Shown: positions 23,925 to 38,764, counted from the first letter of the stretch. The stretch: 64,000 nucleotides of DNA from Marsupella aquatica (GCA_973895155.1 OZ316891.1:14477037-14541036), one strand, 5' to 3'. The notes: generated from the sequence alone by a model not told the origin. Translations and numbers: made by a program.

Positions 23925-24794
23925 TGAACTTAAATTTAAACGTCTTTAGTGGCAATGTAATTCATTATTGTTTTTGTAGCAGACCAGTTGAAAACTTGTT
24001 TTCTGAAACTAGCTAAGCTTTAAACTCATAATTACAACTACAGGTTGCACGATGGATTCTGAAATTCCATAACTCCAGGCTAGACCTCATGGACTGAGTT
24101 CTCTCATAGCTCTTGACATTATAAAAACCATACTCATGTGCTGAAATCTACAAAGTGGATAATATTAGTAGCAAAAAGCTTGACTTTCAACATATATGAT
24201 AGCTGCTTGAATGTGCAATTCAAAAAGGCATGGTAAGTTAAATACAATTTCAAACCTTAGAAAATTACGGTAAAAGTATGAGCTAGCAGAATTTCAATGC
24301 AAAAAAGTGAAACTTTGTGTAAAATATGTACAATAGGTCTTAATATGTAAACCTTGCGGCAATCACATGTAAAAAAACTCAGTGGTTCACAAGGCTTCTA
24401 TTCACAGGAAACAATAGTTAGCATACATAACATGTGGATACAGGAAAACCCTAAGCAAACATGATTGGATAAGTACACATGTTCCTATCATATCCTAAGT
24501 TCCCAAATCCTAAGTGAATACTTAAGAAATCCCATAGTGTATGCTACTGGATAAGATTATTTCTGCCAGACGTGAAATGTGCAAGCTATAAGAAGAAAAA
24601 CTCATGTTTTGCACAAAAGTGCAATTTTTTCTGGCTTTAATGCGGTGTATTGCAGGAGCTACAGTAGGCAAGAGGAGTATACAGTTACAATTCCATAGAC
24701 CATACATGTCAATAAGAGAGAGAATCAACATTTTAAATCTGTACCATTCAAAAACTGAAATCAGCAGCTCACTTTGGTAGAATCACTTTTGGTG

Positions 24795-24985
24795 TTATTT
24801 TTCGTGTCACGCCGTAGAGGTTTAGAAGTTCACACCCACCTAAACAACAATATTGGGGAAACAAGCTTGGAATCCAAGTGGCATGCAGCCCACATGGCTA
24901 CCCATCTACAAGCTAATGGGAGGGAGGGTTGAACCTGGACTAGGGAGCTCCCAGACACAGGCACCAACCACTCGACCAATAGTCC
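24795..24985 (-). mobile_element. tRNA-derived SINE-like element (older copy)
   Basis: Minus strand A-box TGGTCGAGTGG (24978-24968), 32 nt, B-box GGTTCAACCC (24935-24926); short A-rich end near 24795-24802; no clean TSD. Confidence 0.5.
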
Positions 24986-26309
24986 ATTAGTATGTAAAAT
25001 ATGCCTTCATTGACGTAGTTGGTAAGATTCTTAACATAATCTAGTGTCCCCATAGGCAATATTCTTGCAAGCCACATGTTACTCCTGCATTTTTGCATGA
25101 AGAGGTGCTTTGGCAGCACCATCACATATCAGCAGCATTTAACTCTCCATGTGTTATAGCCTCGTTGATGCTGCTAGACCCTGTTAAAGAAGGTATAGAA
25201 CACCTGCAGTGCTTTTTGATATAAGGTTTTCTTGTCACTGCAACTTAGCCAACCTCAGATTGGAGTTGATCTATCAGAGGGACTGGTTTTTGAGTTCGTC
25301 CTGTGTTCACCACTACCACCTCCAACTGACTGAAGGTTAGACTTCCAAGTCATTACTGTATTTACTTCAGTAAAAAAACCCTGTTTACCTTAAAGCACTG
25401 CCTTCTAGACGTATCTTCCTTTTTCATATCATTGCCCCTATGATCTTTGGAACGGCTCTCTGTATTCCTCGTGCAGAAGTCGGGAGGACGAATGAATTCA
25501 GAGTCATGAAGATTTATAGATTAGGCACGAGAAGGCCCTGAGTGTTGATCTTGGCTGTCTTCTTCCATATGTTAGATGTGGTCTCTTCCAAAGGTTGCAG
25601 TCTGTGTTCATAGCAGTGTTGTTAGCAAATGAATCTGTAGAGTGAATCAATCGCCTCACAGTGATGAACTTAACAATTCCATGATTAGATTAATGCCATT
25701 GATTGCTTACTGCCGTTAAAACCGCACTGTTTTTCAGCAGAGAGATGTGATGGATTCCCTCCCTTCCTTAACAGAACCAAAAACGTCACATGTTGTCTCA
25801 GAAGTAGCACTGCTTTCCACTTGTACCCAAATTAAATGCAAAGAACCTTGAAGAGATTTCGAATTCAGAGAATCATGAGGGGAATTGGAAGCTCTACAAC
25901 AGGATGGATCGTAAATGCACGAACGAAAGCTGAATAGTAGATAGACTGATGCACACCCCTGCAGAAACTTCCGGCTGGGGTTAGGCAATCTTCCCAACAT
26001 TACATAATGTGATATGAAGTGGCTATATGTCACAGACCGTAGAGCAACACATGGATGACTTTCACATCAAGCTTTTGGCTATCAGTCTATTGATTGACAA
26101 AATATTTATGGTGTCAATAACTCAAATATACATGTTTATTGAATGGGCTGGTGTGCAAACCGGACTCTGAGCTATCAAAACTGACCCCACATTTCTTCAG
26201 ACACAATTTGGTGAGCACCACTGAAGGGGACCCACATCCACAAAGCGCCAGAGGAATTATGAGTTTCCTTCTAGGTGAACATGTTAACGAGGGTAAGAAA
26301 TTAAGATGC

Positions 26310-28145
26310 TCACTTCTTGCTCTTTTGGGGAACCGGCGCATGAACATCTTCAATGGGCATGTCTTGTAGATTTAGTAGCAACGAATCTGAGCTCAAAAAT
26401 ACTCTGTTCTGCGAGGTGGATACCGTGTTGGCTATCTCCCGACTGGCCTCTATTTTCCTCAATGTTATAAACGCAGGATTATTTGAAATGGCATCCCCAA
26501 TCAGCTGAGCACTTTTTGCTTCTCCCTGTTGGCATACAAAGTACATTTCACATCAGATCCAAGGTGAGTGCACAGTCAAACTTGAAGCCACCCGCACAGC
26601 AGACTTGCACTTTTCTCAGGTATTAAATTGCATCATTCAATGAAAAACATAGACAGATATCCACACTAAGTAGCTCAAAAATAGTATACCTGTGCCCGAA
26701 TAATCGCGCTTCTCTTGTCTTGCTCAGCCTTCTCTACAACAAACTTCGCACGTTCTGCCTCCTGGGCAGCTACCTGTTTTGCCTCAATAGCGGCAGTGAA
26801 CTCCCGCCCGAAAGTGAGGTTGGTGATAGAAACATCATCCAAAGCTATATTGAAGCCCGCTGCTCTCTCGTGGAGGATCCTTCTTATCTCCCTACTGACT
26901 ACCTGTCATCAAACAAAACCCAGAAACCCTTACCAATCGTGTTAGTGTCGGCCAACAGTCATCTTGGATCAACTGAAGCTTGTTTCCATAAGAACCGGGG
27001 ATTCAAACAGGATGAAACAGGACACTTATCCTCCTCTGTAGTGAACAAATCAATTCACATTCTAGTGTATTTGAGATGAAGTAGCGTTTCAAGGCATAGC
27101 CAGGCATCAAAGATCTCAACACAACCCTAATCTGGAACGTCGAGACTTTTGCATTGGTCATGATAAACACAAATGTGAGCAAATTGATGATTAATACCTC
27201 ACGTTGAGTAATCAGTTGACTCGCATTGTACTGAGCGACCACTGCCTTCAAGGTTTCTTGAACTATAGATGGCAAGACTCGGTCAGCATAATTTTCGCCC
27301 AAAGTGCGATATATGGTGGGCAACTGGTCAGCCACAGGCCTAGTGAGTACCCGGAGAGTTATTCTCACCTGTTGCGAACAATCCATCCCCCAAAAGTGAG
27401 GTAGTGTTAGAGACAAACCTATCTTAAAAAATCTCCAGTGTTCACAGAAAGACGAAGATCACACATAGACGAAGATCACACGTAGGAATCATTATCATCG
27501 TCCACGCTTTCGTTTAGAGCAGAAGGGAGGGATCCAGCAGATAACATGGCAGTTAGTGTAACTAATCAACGCACCATTTGCAAGTCTCTGCTGCCTGAGG
27601 TACTCTCCACAATGTTGGGTCGGGCCCTGACGTCATATATCACCGGTCTATCGAACCAGGGGATCATGAAGTGTGTTCCTTCAGGATAAACCTGGGAAAA
27701 AGCAGATCAGCACGAAGTACACGACCAAGAAAGGAATGTAAGAAATCGACAGACATCGTGGGATAAGGCAAGGGAAAGTAGGGCAGGGCAAATTTGCAGC
27801 AGCACGCAGAACGCAAAGACCACAAAATCGCCAGCTAGCTTGGCATTTGAGTACCCAGTTAGGGTGGATATAATTCCGTGCCTCTGAAAAAAATCGTTAA
27901 AAAGTTATAAGTCGTCCGCCATCCATCTGAGTGTAGTGTGTGGAGACCAACGGGGCGGGAAAAAATACCTTATCTTTGACGCCGACAATCCGATTAAACA
28001 CGATGGCGCGATGCCCTCCATCGACGTTGTACAAGCTGTTCATGGCACCGTAGAGTCCCACTCCACCAATTAGCAGCGCTCTGGCGAGGGCCCCCGCGGG
28101 CCCTGCCGAAGGCAACTTCACATTTCTCACGCTGTTCAGATTCAT
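26310..28145 (-). CDS. PHB2: Mitochondrial prohibitin, PHB2-type (Arabidopsis PHB1/2/6-like; 297 aa, 5 exons)
   Basis: Exons 28145-27969, 27691-27575, 27368-27198, 26902-26690, 26525-26310, all phase-0 GT-AG. Motifs [99 protein letters not shown]. Confidence 0.96.
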
Positions 28146-28558
28146 GTCTGAAGAAGCTGCAGCACTTTCCTTTCCTTTCCTTCCTTTCGCTTTCCCTTCA
28201 CAGTAGAGCAGTCGAAGAGCAGTCGCTTGGACGGATTTAACTCTGGCTTGCTCCGTACTCAATGTAGACTACCACTGCGGCATCGATCAATCAATCAATC
28301 AACAGGAGAGTTTGCGAGCTCCGCAATTGAAAGGTTCTTCGCTAGAATTGAACTAATGAAGCGATGGTGAATGAATACCAGATTGCAAAGAAAAAAAGCA
28401 AACCTGCTCGCGTGGATCTGTCCCTTCTCTCACGGTAGTCTGATGTAAAGCATGAGACTTGGCGTTGCTCAATAGAAGGGAAGGGCAGTCGAATGCCCTA
28501 ATACAGAAATGTACAAAGTGTGGTGTACCGTAGGGACAACGAAATACTTGATGGGGCT

Positions 28559-28940
28559 CAAAAACCCCAACGGGTCCCCTTTTTGGTCCTCTGGGGTTTT
28601 TCTCGGGTTTTCTCCCCTTTTAGGCTATTTTGTAATTAGGATTCTTTAGGATTCTTCTCTGGGCATCATGATGTAATTAGAGTCCCCTTCTTTGGTGTTC
28701 TTTGGGGTTTTCCTGCCGTGAAATAACCACAACAAGTCCACTTTGGTCTTCTTTCTTTGCTGTTCTTTAGGGTTTTTCTGCAGGGGAAAAACCCCAGAGT
28801 CCCCTTGTTGGCTAGTCCCCTTTTTGGCTATTTGGTGTTCTTGAAGGTTTACCTGCAAGGGAAAAATCCCCAACGAGTCCCCTTTTTGGCTCTTTGGTGT
28901 TCTTTGGGGTTTTTCTCTGGTTTTCTCCCCTTTATTGGGT
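28559..28940. repeat. Degenerate local repeat array upstream of prohibitin
   Basis: Recurring AAAA.CCCC...GTCCCC.T.TTTGG...TGGGGTTTT blocks. Confidence 0.6.
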
Positions 28941-29187
28941 CTCCTGCTTTTGGATCCATGGTAGGCTCTGGTTTCTCTTTCGCATCATCATCATGATATA
29001 TATAATTGGCCCCCTTCTTTCAACAAGAACTTGCTGGTCTCTGCCCCCCCCCCCCCGCTCCCTCCAACCCCTGTGTACCATAGTCGTAATATAGCATGCT
29101 CATCCTGGAACATGCTTTACTTTTTGTCTTGTAGTGATATTAAGTGGACAAAATTAAAGAGTAAGACTAGAATACATATTAAATGTG

Positions 29188-29348
29188 AATGAAATCAAAT
29201 AATATAAATAAAGTACATGCAATAAAAGCACATAGTGACCAATGGAAAGTACAATTTCATTACACAAAGTTGCTACCAGTTGTGTACAATGAAATCAAAT
29301 AATATAAATAAACCTCATGCAATAAAAGCACATAGTGACCAATGGAAA
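29188..29348. repeat. Direct duplication (about 60 bp, 100-bp period)
   Basis: AATGAAATCAAATAATATAAATAAA...CATGCAATAAAAGCACATAGTGACCAATGGAAA at 29188 and 29288. Confidence 0.85.
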
Positions 29349-31796
29349 ATACCAGTTGTGCACGTATTTCAGTGTGTATTATTAATGACTCTTATTCAAT
29401 AAAAACCATAAACTTAGGAAAGAAAGCCACAAGGGGAGCTTAAGACAGGATGTGCTGACATTTCTTAGAATCATTCCTCTCACTCATGAGTATACTTAAA
29501 AGCGATAGAAAATGAAACCCTTAGTTTCTCTCTAGGACTTAACAAAGTTTACAAATTAAGGGGGCTGCCAAAATAAATTCAAAACACTATAGAATACCAA
29601 AAATTTAAAGGGGTCCAAAAATGAATTAAAAGTCTATGTGATACAAAGGATGCCCCTTGTTAAGGTACATTCAAATAAAAATTCATGATACACAAATATG
29701 AATAAGACAAAACATGAGAGTTGGATTCACCATATAACAGCTTCAAAAATGTCGTAACATGGTTTGCGATCATGGACAAGAAGTTAAATCTAAACCAGTT
29801 TTGAGTTGGTGCAACCTGTGCCTGCCAACGTTGTGCCTGTGTAAGTGCCTCCGCTGTTTGCTTCCCCTTCCCATGGGGTTTTTTGCAGTTTAAACACGAT
29901 ATAAAATACACCTTTGAGGAGTTGGGGCAATGTGACACAATCTTCCAAACCAACAAGTTTTCTCAATGTAGTTTTCTGGTATCTTGCTTACACCTAGCCA
30001 AAACATGTGTTTGCAACAGATTTCAGCAACAAACACTTTTTGCAGAGCATTCACCTTATACTATTTTTTCAGGCTAACATGTCTGGAGTATAATTTTCTC
30101 CCAGTTTCATGAGACAGCCAACATATTTTTCTGGCCCAGCGTGCCTGGAACATCACTAAAGAGCACAGGCTCATTTTTTGAAGTTAATATGGATTTGCAA
30201 GAACAGAGTTGCTACTACAGTACCCCCTGTGGTTACTTCCTAGTAACGTCAACAAGTTGCTAGATTGTGTTACTGTAACTCTGCAATGCTCCTAAAAAAG
30301 CAAGGCTCTAGTAGTTTGCAAACGTGATTGATGTGCCCTCCTGATTTGCCTTGCCCTAAACTCAGCAATTGCACAACGTTATACCACCACAGATCACTGA
30401 TCAACTTTGATGGTACTTGACTTTAGCACCTGACTAGGTTAACTAGAGCACAGCTGAACCCCAAGCTTAACCAGAATTCAAGGTTGTTGAGGTTAGACTA
30501 GTGGAAGAGCTCATACTAGATCAATCGTTAGAAGTTGGACACTGAAGAGAGAAAATTGTGTCATAAAGCATCTGGTGGCTTGCCAGGCTATGGCGGATAT
30601 ATTGTGTTAGTGCATAGTGAATTTCTTCTCTTGGCCATGGACTTTAGTCCAAATCAAGTGAACCATGTACCTTTGTGTGATATTAATTGTATCTTGTACA
30701 CTAGTTCCATGTGACACCATGCTCTCTGATTTTTATCTCAACAGACTTGTTGCACATAGCTTAAATCAAGACTTGTAGCTAGCCAAAATCCTTCAAGAAA
30801 ATGAGTTCATGTGATAATGCAAGGTAGTTGCAACATTAAGACAGGAAGTCTTGCAGTGGAGCCTAAACAATGTTGCAGACTCTCGACCGGATTGCTCAAC
30901 AACACTGCAACCGTGGTGCGTGCGACTGGGATGTAAGTGTGTCCCAAAAGGGCATGCATAGGGGTTGCACAATGGGGGTTAGCAAGTCCCTTTCAAAAGT
31001 TTTTTTTCTCCTACAGGGCCCTATTAAGTATGTCTTGACCACAAGGATGATCAGTATAGCATCGGAGACCTACTTCGCCCCACTCAGTGTTATAGTAGCC
31101 ATCCCCAAACTCACCATAAGTTTGAGCTGCCCTTATAATTATTTAATGTTAGACAATACAAAGTCAAGTGACAAACTTGACCTTAGAGCACTCCCACCAG
31201 TGCACACCAAACACCCCCACCATCAGGGAGGTTTAGAAGGCCGGTGAGGATCTGGGATCTTGAACAAGACTTAGGGTTTCCTATCCATCCAGTCTTTCCC
31301 ACACCAAAATTGGACAGATGCGGTGGGAATGCTTCACCATCAACTCCACTCACCAAAGCAGCTACACGGACATTTGATTGAACATGAGAGGGCCAATTGC
31401 GGTTGTGGATTGAGTCCCAGTCAAGGCTGGGTGAGAGATGTTGCCCCCTCCCATTTATTTCCCTTCCCATTTCTCTCTACCATTTTTGGAAAAAGAAATT
31501 ATTTCCGAGATTTCAGTTCTTGTATCCATAGATTGTAGCTTCATTGTCCCCAAATATAGTGGGACCAGCCCACGGGCAACAGACTGAAATGTTGATCCTT
31601 TAGGGCCCTCACAGTAGCTGGGAGATAGTATCTTCATTTTTTGAACTACCATTTGCCCCCTGACAATGATCCTTTAGAGCAGACCCTAAACCCTAAACTG
31701 TTATACATTGAGCACAAAAGATACAAAAAAAACACCAATAGTCAAACACAAGGGCAACATTGAAGACAATGGCCATTTTTGAACATAACATTCAAA

Positions 31797-31968
31797 ACTC
31801 CTTGCAAGTACAAAAAATGGAAAACAGAGAGTTAAAACTCTAGGGGCACTGTTCGAAATATAAGACCCCATGGCCCACTATTCGAATACACTCCTTGCAA
31901 GTACAAACAATGGAAAACAGAGAGTCAAAACTCTTGGGACACTATTCAAATATAAGACCCCATGGCCC
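31797..31968. repeat. Tandem duplication (about 93-bp period)
   Basis: ACTCCTTGCAAGTACAAA.AATGGAAAACAGAGAGT...TATAAGACCCCATGGCCCAC occurs twice. Confidence 0.85.
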
Positions 31969-33961
31969 ACACAACTACACCACCATGTCGCTGTGTTCAG
32001 GGGAAGACAGTAGCTCATATCGGTGCCAAGTAGTACAAGGAATCTCAAATATCCTTTTCAAGAAAAGTAATTTTGTTTGAAAAAGATAACCATTGGTGGA
32101 CGGTTGTTAGCTTAATCTTGGCTCTTTAATCCATGCTGGAAAATATGCATCCCATAAAAACCTAAAAGGAGTGGCAATCTGTGAATCCCAAACAGAAAGG
32201 AGACAGAATGGTGTAAGAAACGTTATCAAAGAGATATGGGGGAAAGCCACAAGGATTGATGGGAAGGTCTACTAGAGGTCAGAAGTGAACACAAAGGAGC
32301 AAGGAATCTTATTAATAAAGCACCATGCAAAGCCAGGCAATGGTCTAGAGTGAAGTCTCTAGACAGTAACCCCACATATGAACAAAATTGACCATGACTC
32401 TAAATAAGGTCAAAGTAGATCATGAGGGTGAACAAAAAACAAGGATGAAGGCAAAGATGACCAGGAAGTAGCATATAATTATTTTTCTGCAATATTTGTT
32501 TTGTCATCAACTCTATGTCCGTGACTTTAAATAAGGTCAAAACTGATAATGAGGGTGAACCAAAAAAGAAGGCAAAGATGACCAGGAAATAGCATATAAT
32601 TCTTTTTCTGCGAGAGTTTTTTTGGTCATCATCTCTATTTCTGGGTAATCAGGATAGTGGGATGTAAAGGACTGGAAGGGGTGGAAAAGGCACGATGGGA
32701 ACAGAAACAGAGGTAGGGTGTTATAGAGTAAAACAGGGCCAGGGAAAGAATGTTTTAGTGGGCCAAAGGAGAGGAAGGTGAGAACTGTGGAAGTGACTGG
32801 AAGAGAGGGCACGTAACAGAAGAGAAGAGAGGGCACGTAACAGAAGAGAAGAGAAAGGACTGGGGAGGAAAGGAGGTAATGCAGTCCTGGCAAATCCTGA
32901 AAATGGAAGGATATATCTGCGAAGGGATATAAATGTCTAGGTAGGGCCTGCCAGAACCCCAAACTAGGTGGGTGCTTTATGGCTGTGAGAGGAAAATATG
33001 GGAGGAGTTGCTTGGTGTTAGGACAGTTTAACGGAAAGAGATGGAGATGTCCCTAACAAAATGAAGCGAAGAACTTTTGTAACGAAAGTGTGTTTAGATT
33101 CTCTGTCAACAGAAGGAATTGAGAAATACAGACACTGGTATTGAATGAAGTTATTGACAAGCTTTCGATTGCCTTAAAAAAATATACGAAATTCTCCAGA
33201 AGTATTTTCAGTTTCTTCCTTAGATTAATCATGGGGGCAATCAAATTTTACGACTGCTCTAAAGAAATCTATTGTGTCACTTGTGAATAGCACAAGATGT
33301 GCCAGACGAGCTCCTTCTAATTGCAGATCACGGCATTATCAGAAGTTTTTCAGCTGCCCCAATGCATTCCATGGGGAAAAAAGCTTATATCTAAGCAAAC
33401 GCACGTACTTTGTATCGAAGCAAACCCGATCGATACTTATCCAACCATGGATGCCGCTTTATTGTTGCTCTAAATGCCACATTTCACCAGAAGTTGAATG
33501 CCCCCTCGAGAAGTGAGCTGAGGCCAATCGCCTGGTTGTCATACAGCAAAATGAGCACCTGCCATGATAGATTATTCCAAGAATTACACTACTGTGTATA
33601 CCTACAACCGTCCTGGGAGTAGAACTAGGCTCGCAGAATTCATCCATCACAGTGGAAGGTTCTTGAACTACTCCATCGAAGTGCTATAGCCACTACTAAC
33701 CTTTGGTAAGAGCCATTCCAGTGGTATATGCTGGACTTCCACTGGAAATATTTATTGCTATATGTATTATCCATTCCAGTGGATATATGCAGTAGAATTC
33801 CACTGCCATTGCAAGCTTGCCCAGATTTTAAATTAGTGGCCTACATGCAAAACATTAATGACTGGCTGCAGCAATCATCATTCCAGGGTCAGACCAGCGG
33901 TGTCTCATCTGTAGCCACCTGCTACTTCACATAACTCCTCACCTGGCCTTGAAGGCATGAC

Positions 33962-36900
33962 TTAATGGATGACTTCGGTATATTTTATGACACAATCATA
34001 AAGGCGGGCCCCAAGGAAGTCTGCAACCTCAGGATGTTTCACCTGCAGATAAACAAGGGTCACGATCAGTCAACCAGATCACAACGGAAACAGACCTTAC
34101 AGAAATACCATATTCCAGGACGGCTGTCTACTTCCCCTTGGATTGCCTGTGACCATCATAATGAACAATTCATTCATATCGTAAAGATTTCTTTCCGAGA
34201 AGTACCATTCCAATCTTAACAGAATCACATTTGAACTGTGCATAGAGATTTGTCTCAATGCTCCTGCCCTGCGAGCAAATGATAAATCAAATCCGTTTTA
34301 GTATTCTTCCTCAATTACCACTTGGCACACAATTGACACATTAAACCGAGGGCCCGTCATAGAAAAACTCTCATTCCATGCATCAGATAGGAAGTTCAGC
34401 TTGACTTTGAAAAAAAGCAAGTAGCTCGATCAGTACTAGTCAAATTCGTATTAGATCTTACCATGCCTTCAATAACAACCAGATCTACATCCTCAGTTGC
34501 ATTTGCCAACTCCTGTGATATAGCTGAGAGATCAATGACCTGCAAGATATTCCAGGATTAGGAATCGGTCACAAACCCTATCCAGTAGTACACCAAAATC
34601 AAATTGTGGCTAAACGAATCATCGATCTATTCAGAGTTCTTTCTTTACGGTCAGCTATGATTGATGCAACCAATTCCTCTGCATTGCTGTTACGAAGGGG
34701 ACAGTTCAACCACGACCTTACGAACAAACTGAACACCTGCGTGTTTTGTAGAATCAGAATTGCTCGTTGTCACGAGAAATGATACAAACTTGCATTCTAT
34801 GGACAACATGACTACCAGAAAACTATCTTTTAATTGATTGGATGCCATCGAAGAGTACTGGAGACTTACAGGCAAGTCACTTCCAGAGTTGATCACAAGT
34901 AGGTTTTGTGCATCGACACCCAAAAATGTCTCTTGATTGTTCTCTACTTTCTTCACCTGTAAGTCAGCTGATCTGACGATTAGAAAAAACCTACGACAAA
35001 ATCTATAAATCAAAGTAAGAACTGATAAGCATTTAACACTGATACGTCAATGTGTCATTTTGAAATGGTTACCGGGAGGTCATTCTGGTCAGAATAATGA
35101 ATTATACTTTCCGATCACTCCGGGATGAATCGACGAAAAATGATCTCTTTCCATGAAATAAATTAAGATGACCAAGAGCCGGACTTATCATGGGAACAAT
35201 CTCTCAGTTATTTTGGCATCAAGAAAATTGGTTGTGAAAGAAAAATCAAATCCCACCTTAGAGATTATTTGCGTCAATTCTTCATACGTGATGTCGTTGA
35301 TTGCTGCCAAATCGTTAGCAGCTAAGATAACCTACATCAAAATAATTAGAGAAGTACTTAGTTGGCAAACCAAGCGTCTTCCAAGATCAACAGCGAAGTT
35401 CAAAGACTATGTGCATGGAGCCTCACACTCCACATGAGTCTAAGGGAAATCTCTTAAACCAAAGTGTCAGGTCAACTAGATATTTATGGTAGACTCAAGT
35501 CAGAGGGAAACAAATATTTCATTATATATGATGCTAAGATTTCTAGGGTTTTGTTCAGGCTTGAAAATAAAGTACAACAGAAACTCAAATTTGGTGGATC
35601 ATGATAAGGAACTATCAAACGAATAAACTGTGGGCGTCCAGAAATTGGTAAACTATTAACCTCAACACAAAATCAACCCAGTTTGACAGATAATTCTAAG
35701 TTTGAGGTATCCATACTGTCTGACCGCCGGCATTCTAGCTGAAATTTTCAAGTTTAAAAACGACACTCTATTTCGGAACCTCCCTCGGTGGGTGGTCAAA
35801 ATACTGCGGATCAACTTGGAGCATACAATGGTTGGCCTTATGCTGTGAATCCCAGAGAGACAATCAGCCAGACCTTTGTACCTCGTCGAAGCAACTCCCT
35901 TGCAAATGGTAGGATGCCGAGAACTACATCAGCTCCGGCATTGTCCACAAAAATTACTGCCTGAAGAGGGCAAGCTCACATTAGTGAAATTTCTAATTTT
36001 TTGCGTATACTTGCAGAAATCCATCGTATTCCTCTACTGTAAACATCCAAGGTCTCTAGTTGTAGATGAGACCAATATGTCCAGAAAGACACTTGATGGC
36101 TTTGACATCTGTGTAGTATATACGACCTTAAAGCGGGGTTTCTTTTAGCTTCCATGCAAGATTTCTTTTTGAATTTATTTGGACAGTAAAAAAAATGCTG
36201 ACAGACCTGCACACACCAGGGGGTCAAACGAACCGAAGCATTCGACTCAGTCTCCCAAGGCAGCACTGTGGATGCAAATTTGTCCAACGCACCTTTTTCC
36301 ATGGCTTGCGCATCCATTTGTCCTTGAACTTTTCCAAGTCATCTATAATCCACGGCCGGGGCAGCAACTGGTCAACACTTCCTTGAAACGAACAGCCGCT
36401 GGTCTCATATTTTTCTGCGAGCTTGTGGGGCAAAGTGGAGGTGCACACAGATTAGACATTGTGAAGCACATGTAAACTGTCAAAGGAATTTCTATCTTCC
36501 CCTGCTGTGAAGTAAGTTTGCAGAAGGCTGAGCAGGACACATGTTCATGCACTGAATCCCATCCAAAGCTAGGGATGACAGCCCTCGGAAGTTACGTTCT
36601 ATTTTTTTCTCAATGCCACTCGTTTTGACAAAGAAGGCTCTATTGTAGAAAAGAGAAGGACTTACTTCAGCCGACCCGAGATCAAAAATGTTTCCCGCAA
36701 ATACTCCTTTGATTAGATGCTCAATCCGCTGTTCTTGGTCTTCAATTTGGTCGGCCGTGGCAACCACTTCTTCCAATAGAGCCAAGGACGTAGCATTCTC
36801 CGCATCCTTCACCAATCAGAGACAAACTTTCAATTTCCATCCAATAGTCTGTTGGGAAAGAACGGGAAAACGGCTGTCCTGGCCCAAAAACTGAACATGA

Positions 36901-38489
36901 CAATGACGACATGTAAAAAATTATCACCAATACAAGGTGAGGAACCTTAGCCCTGACAAGCCGGACAGAGACAAGGGGGTATATCATCCATACCTTAACT
37001 TTTCTGTAAATATCGGAGAAACCAGCTTCCCGCAAACAAATTTCACGAAGTCTGCACAAGAGCTGCAATGATGTTCGATAGAGTATAAGCTGCTATAGGA
37101 CTGCAAATGAGGTATACTCATCTAAATTTAGAGCTATTTCTCGGCAGACCCATCGTCTGACTTAGTTCTGTCCGTCAAGGGCATGGGGTCTACAGCAGCA
37201 AGGCTACGTCAGTCGACTTGAAATAACTACGGCCTCGGTTTTGCCGAAGCTTACACTGGTCTTACTGCAATCCTTGTATACTTTTGGACTTGCCGCTATA
37301 TTAATCCTGTCTTTTGTTTGACGTTACTGGGGACCGACAGACTTACTTAAAACTTATCCTACTCTTTGCAAGTACATGTACCTCTCTAACGGGAGGGAAC
37401 CTTACGAGGAGGGCTGCATTGCACGGAGATAGCAAGTAGAGTCTTGAAGTAGATGGTCGAAACAGATCGAGGTGGACTAAAAGAAGATGAGCAGGTGCAT
37501 ACATACAATTGCATCAGGTGGCCCTCCATGGCTCAGCGGATTTGATTGCCAGTCATCCAGAATCGCCGCGAACCTAAATGTCCAAACATCAAACAATTAA
37601 CAACAATCATATGGAGATCACAGTTTACTGTACTGTAGAATGTGGTCCCTAAACGTACTTTTGGCGTTCCACAAAACAGTTCTAGAGTTCCAACGGTCTT
37701 AAATCACCACAGCCTCTTTGAAAAACACACCTCTGTGCAAAGTTTACAGCTTTCGCAGCAGCATCCGACACAGAATCGTCAGCTTCTGCCCTCTTCCTGA
37801 ACAAGGGAACGACACTCAGTCAGAACAACCAACAAGTGGCTTTCTAAGCTCACTAGCTCCACTCTCTTGTTCCATAGTCGTTGATAATCCACCGTAACTT
37901 CTGTACAGGAAGCGAAAATTGCGCCATTGTGTTTCATTGTTGCTGCTTCTGCAGCTATGCATGAATGGTTTCCCGCTCTGCCACTGTCTAGTTGGATAAA
38001 TCTTCCGTGGAGTTGAGATGCTCATTCCCATTCGCAATAAAAACTACAGAAGCAAGAAATTCTGAAACTTGTAGAAATACGTGAGGCATTCATTCAAGTC
38101 CTGAGAGGAGGACCAATGAAGGCCCCGGCTACACGCTCTCCCATTTCTCTTTGAATTCTCTTTAAACGTTGCCCGGACGTTCCCACGAAATCGGTCTAGA
38201 TTTCCTACGTATGACCTCCCCTACTCTGGAACAGAAAATTGGAGAAATTCAACACGGAGAGGAGACAGGAACCGAATCCAGTTTCTCGTAGAACCAAACG
38301 CATCACATGTGACACACACCTGAAAGATGGAATGGACTTGCGGAAGAGCTGAATCCAGAGAAGTTCCGTCGGAGTTGGCTTCTGCGGGGGATCGGATGGG
38401 AATCGAAACGGAATGGTGCATGGCCGGTACTGGTAGGGGCCCCAGCCCTTGATTTGAGGGAAGGGCACGAGTGGAGAGGAATTCTCCAT
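33962..38489 (-). CDS. DUF89/ARMT1-like damage-control phosphatase (At2g17340-like, related to the PANK2 C-terminal domain; about 370 aa, 12 exons)
   Basis: Exons 38489-38320, 37796-37731, 37573-37507, 37062-36994, 36806-36666, 36421-36293, 35960-35874, 35331-35257, 34956-34870, 34539-34462, 34268-34206, 34042-33962 (1113 nt, in frame). Motifs GVFAGNIFDLGS, PRPWIIDD, IFVDNAGADVVLGILPFARELL, AINDIT, IEGMGRSIETN, VKHPEVA. Confidence 0.94.
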
Positions 38490-38764
38490 TGCGCACTTCT
38501 ACTCAACTCTCCTTCGAAAGAAAGCCACAAACTTCACCCACCTCCTTTCCTTGCACTTTCCAATTTGCAAATCCAACAGAAATTCGGTCGAGCTCCTCTC
38601 AGCACTGCACTAAGCCGAGCTCATGACATGATCAAGAATGAATCGTCAGGCAGAATGAGGACCGATCCGTCCAGAGCCGAATCAATGATAATAATATACA
38701 ACGAAACAAGTAGACCGATCGGTTCTCTAAGGGCCGCAGAAAAGGCTATCGACCCTCTTGGGCG

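Noticed and set aside
29650-31650. Possible decayed TE coding sequence
   Set aside because: Many stops in the frames I translated and no RT, integrase or transposase motif identified.
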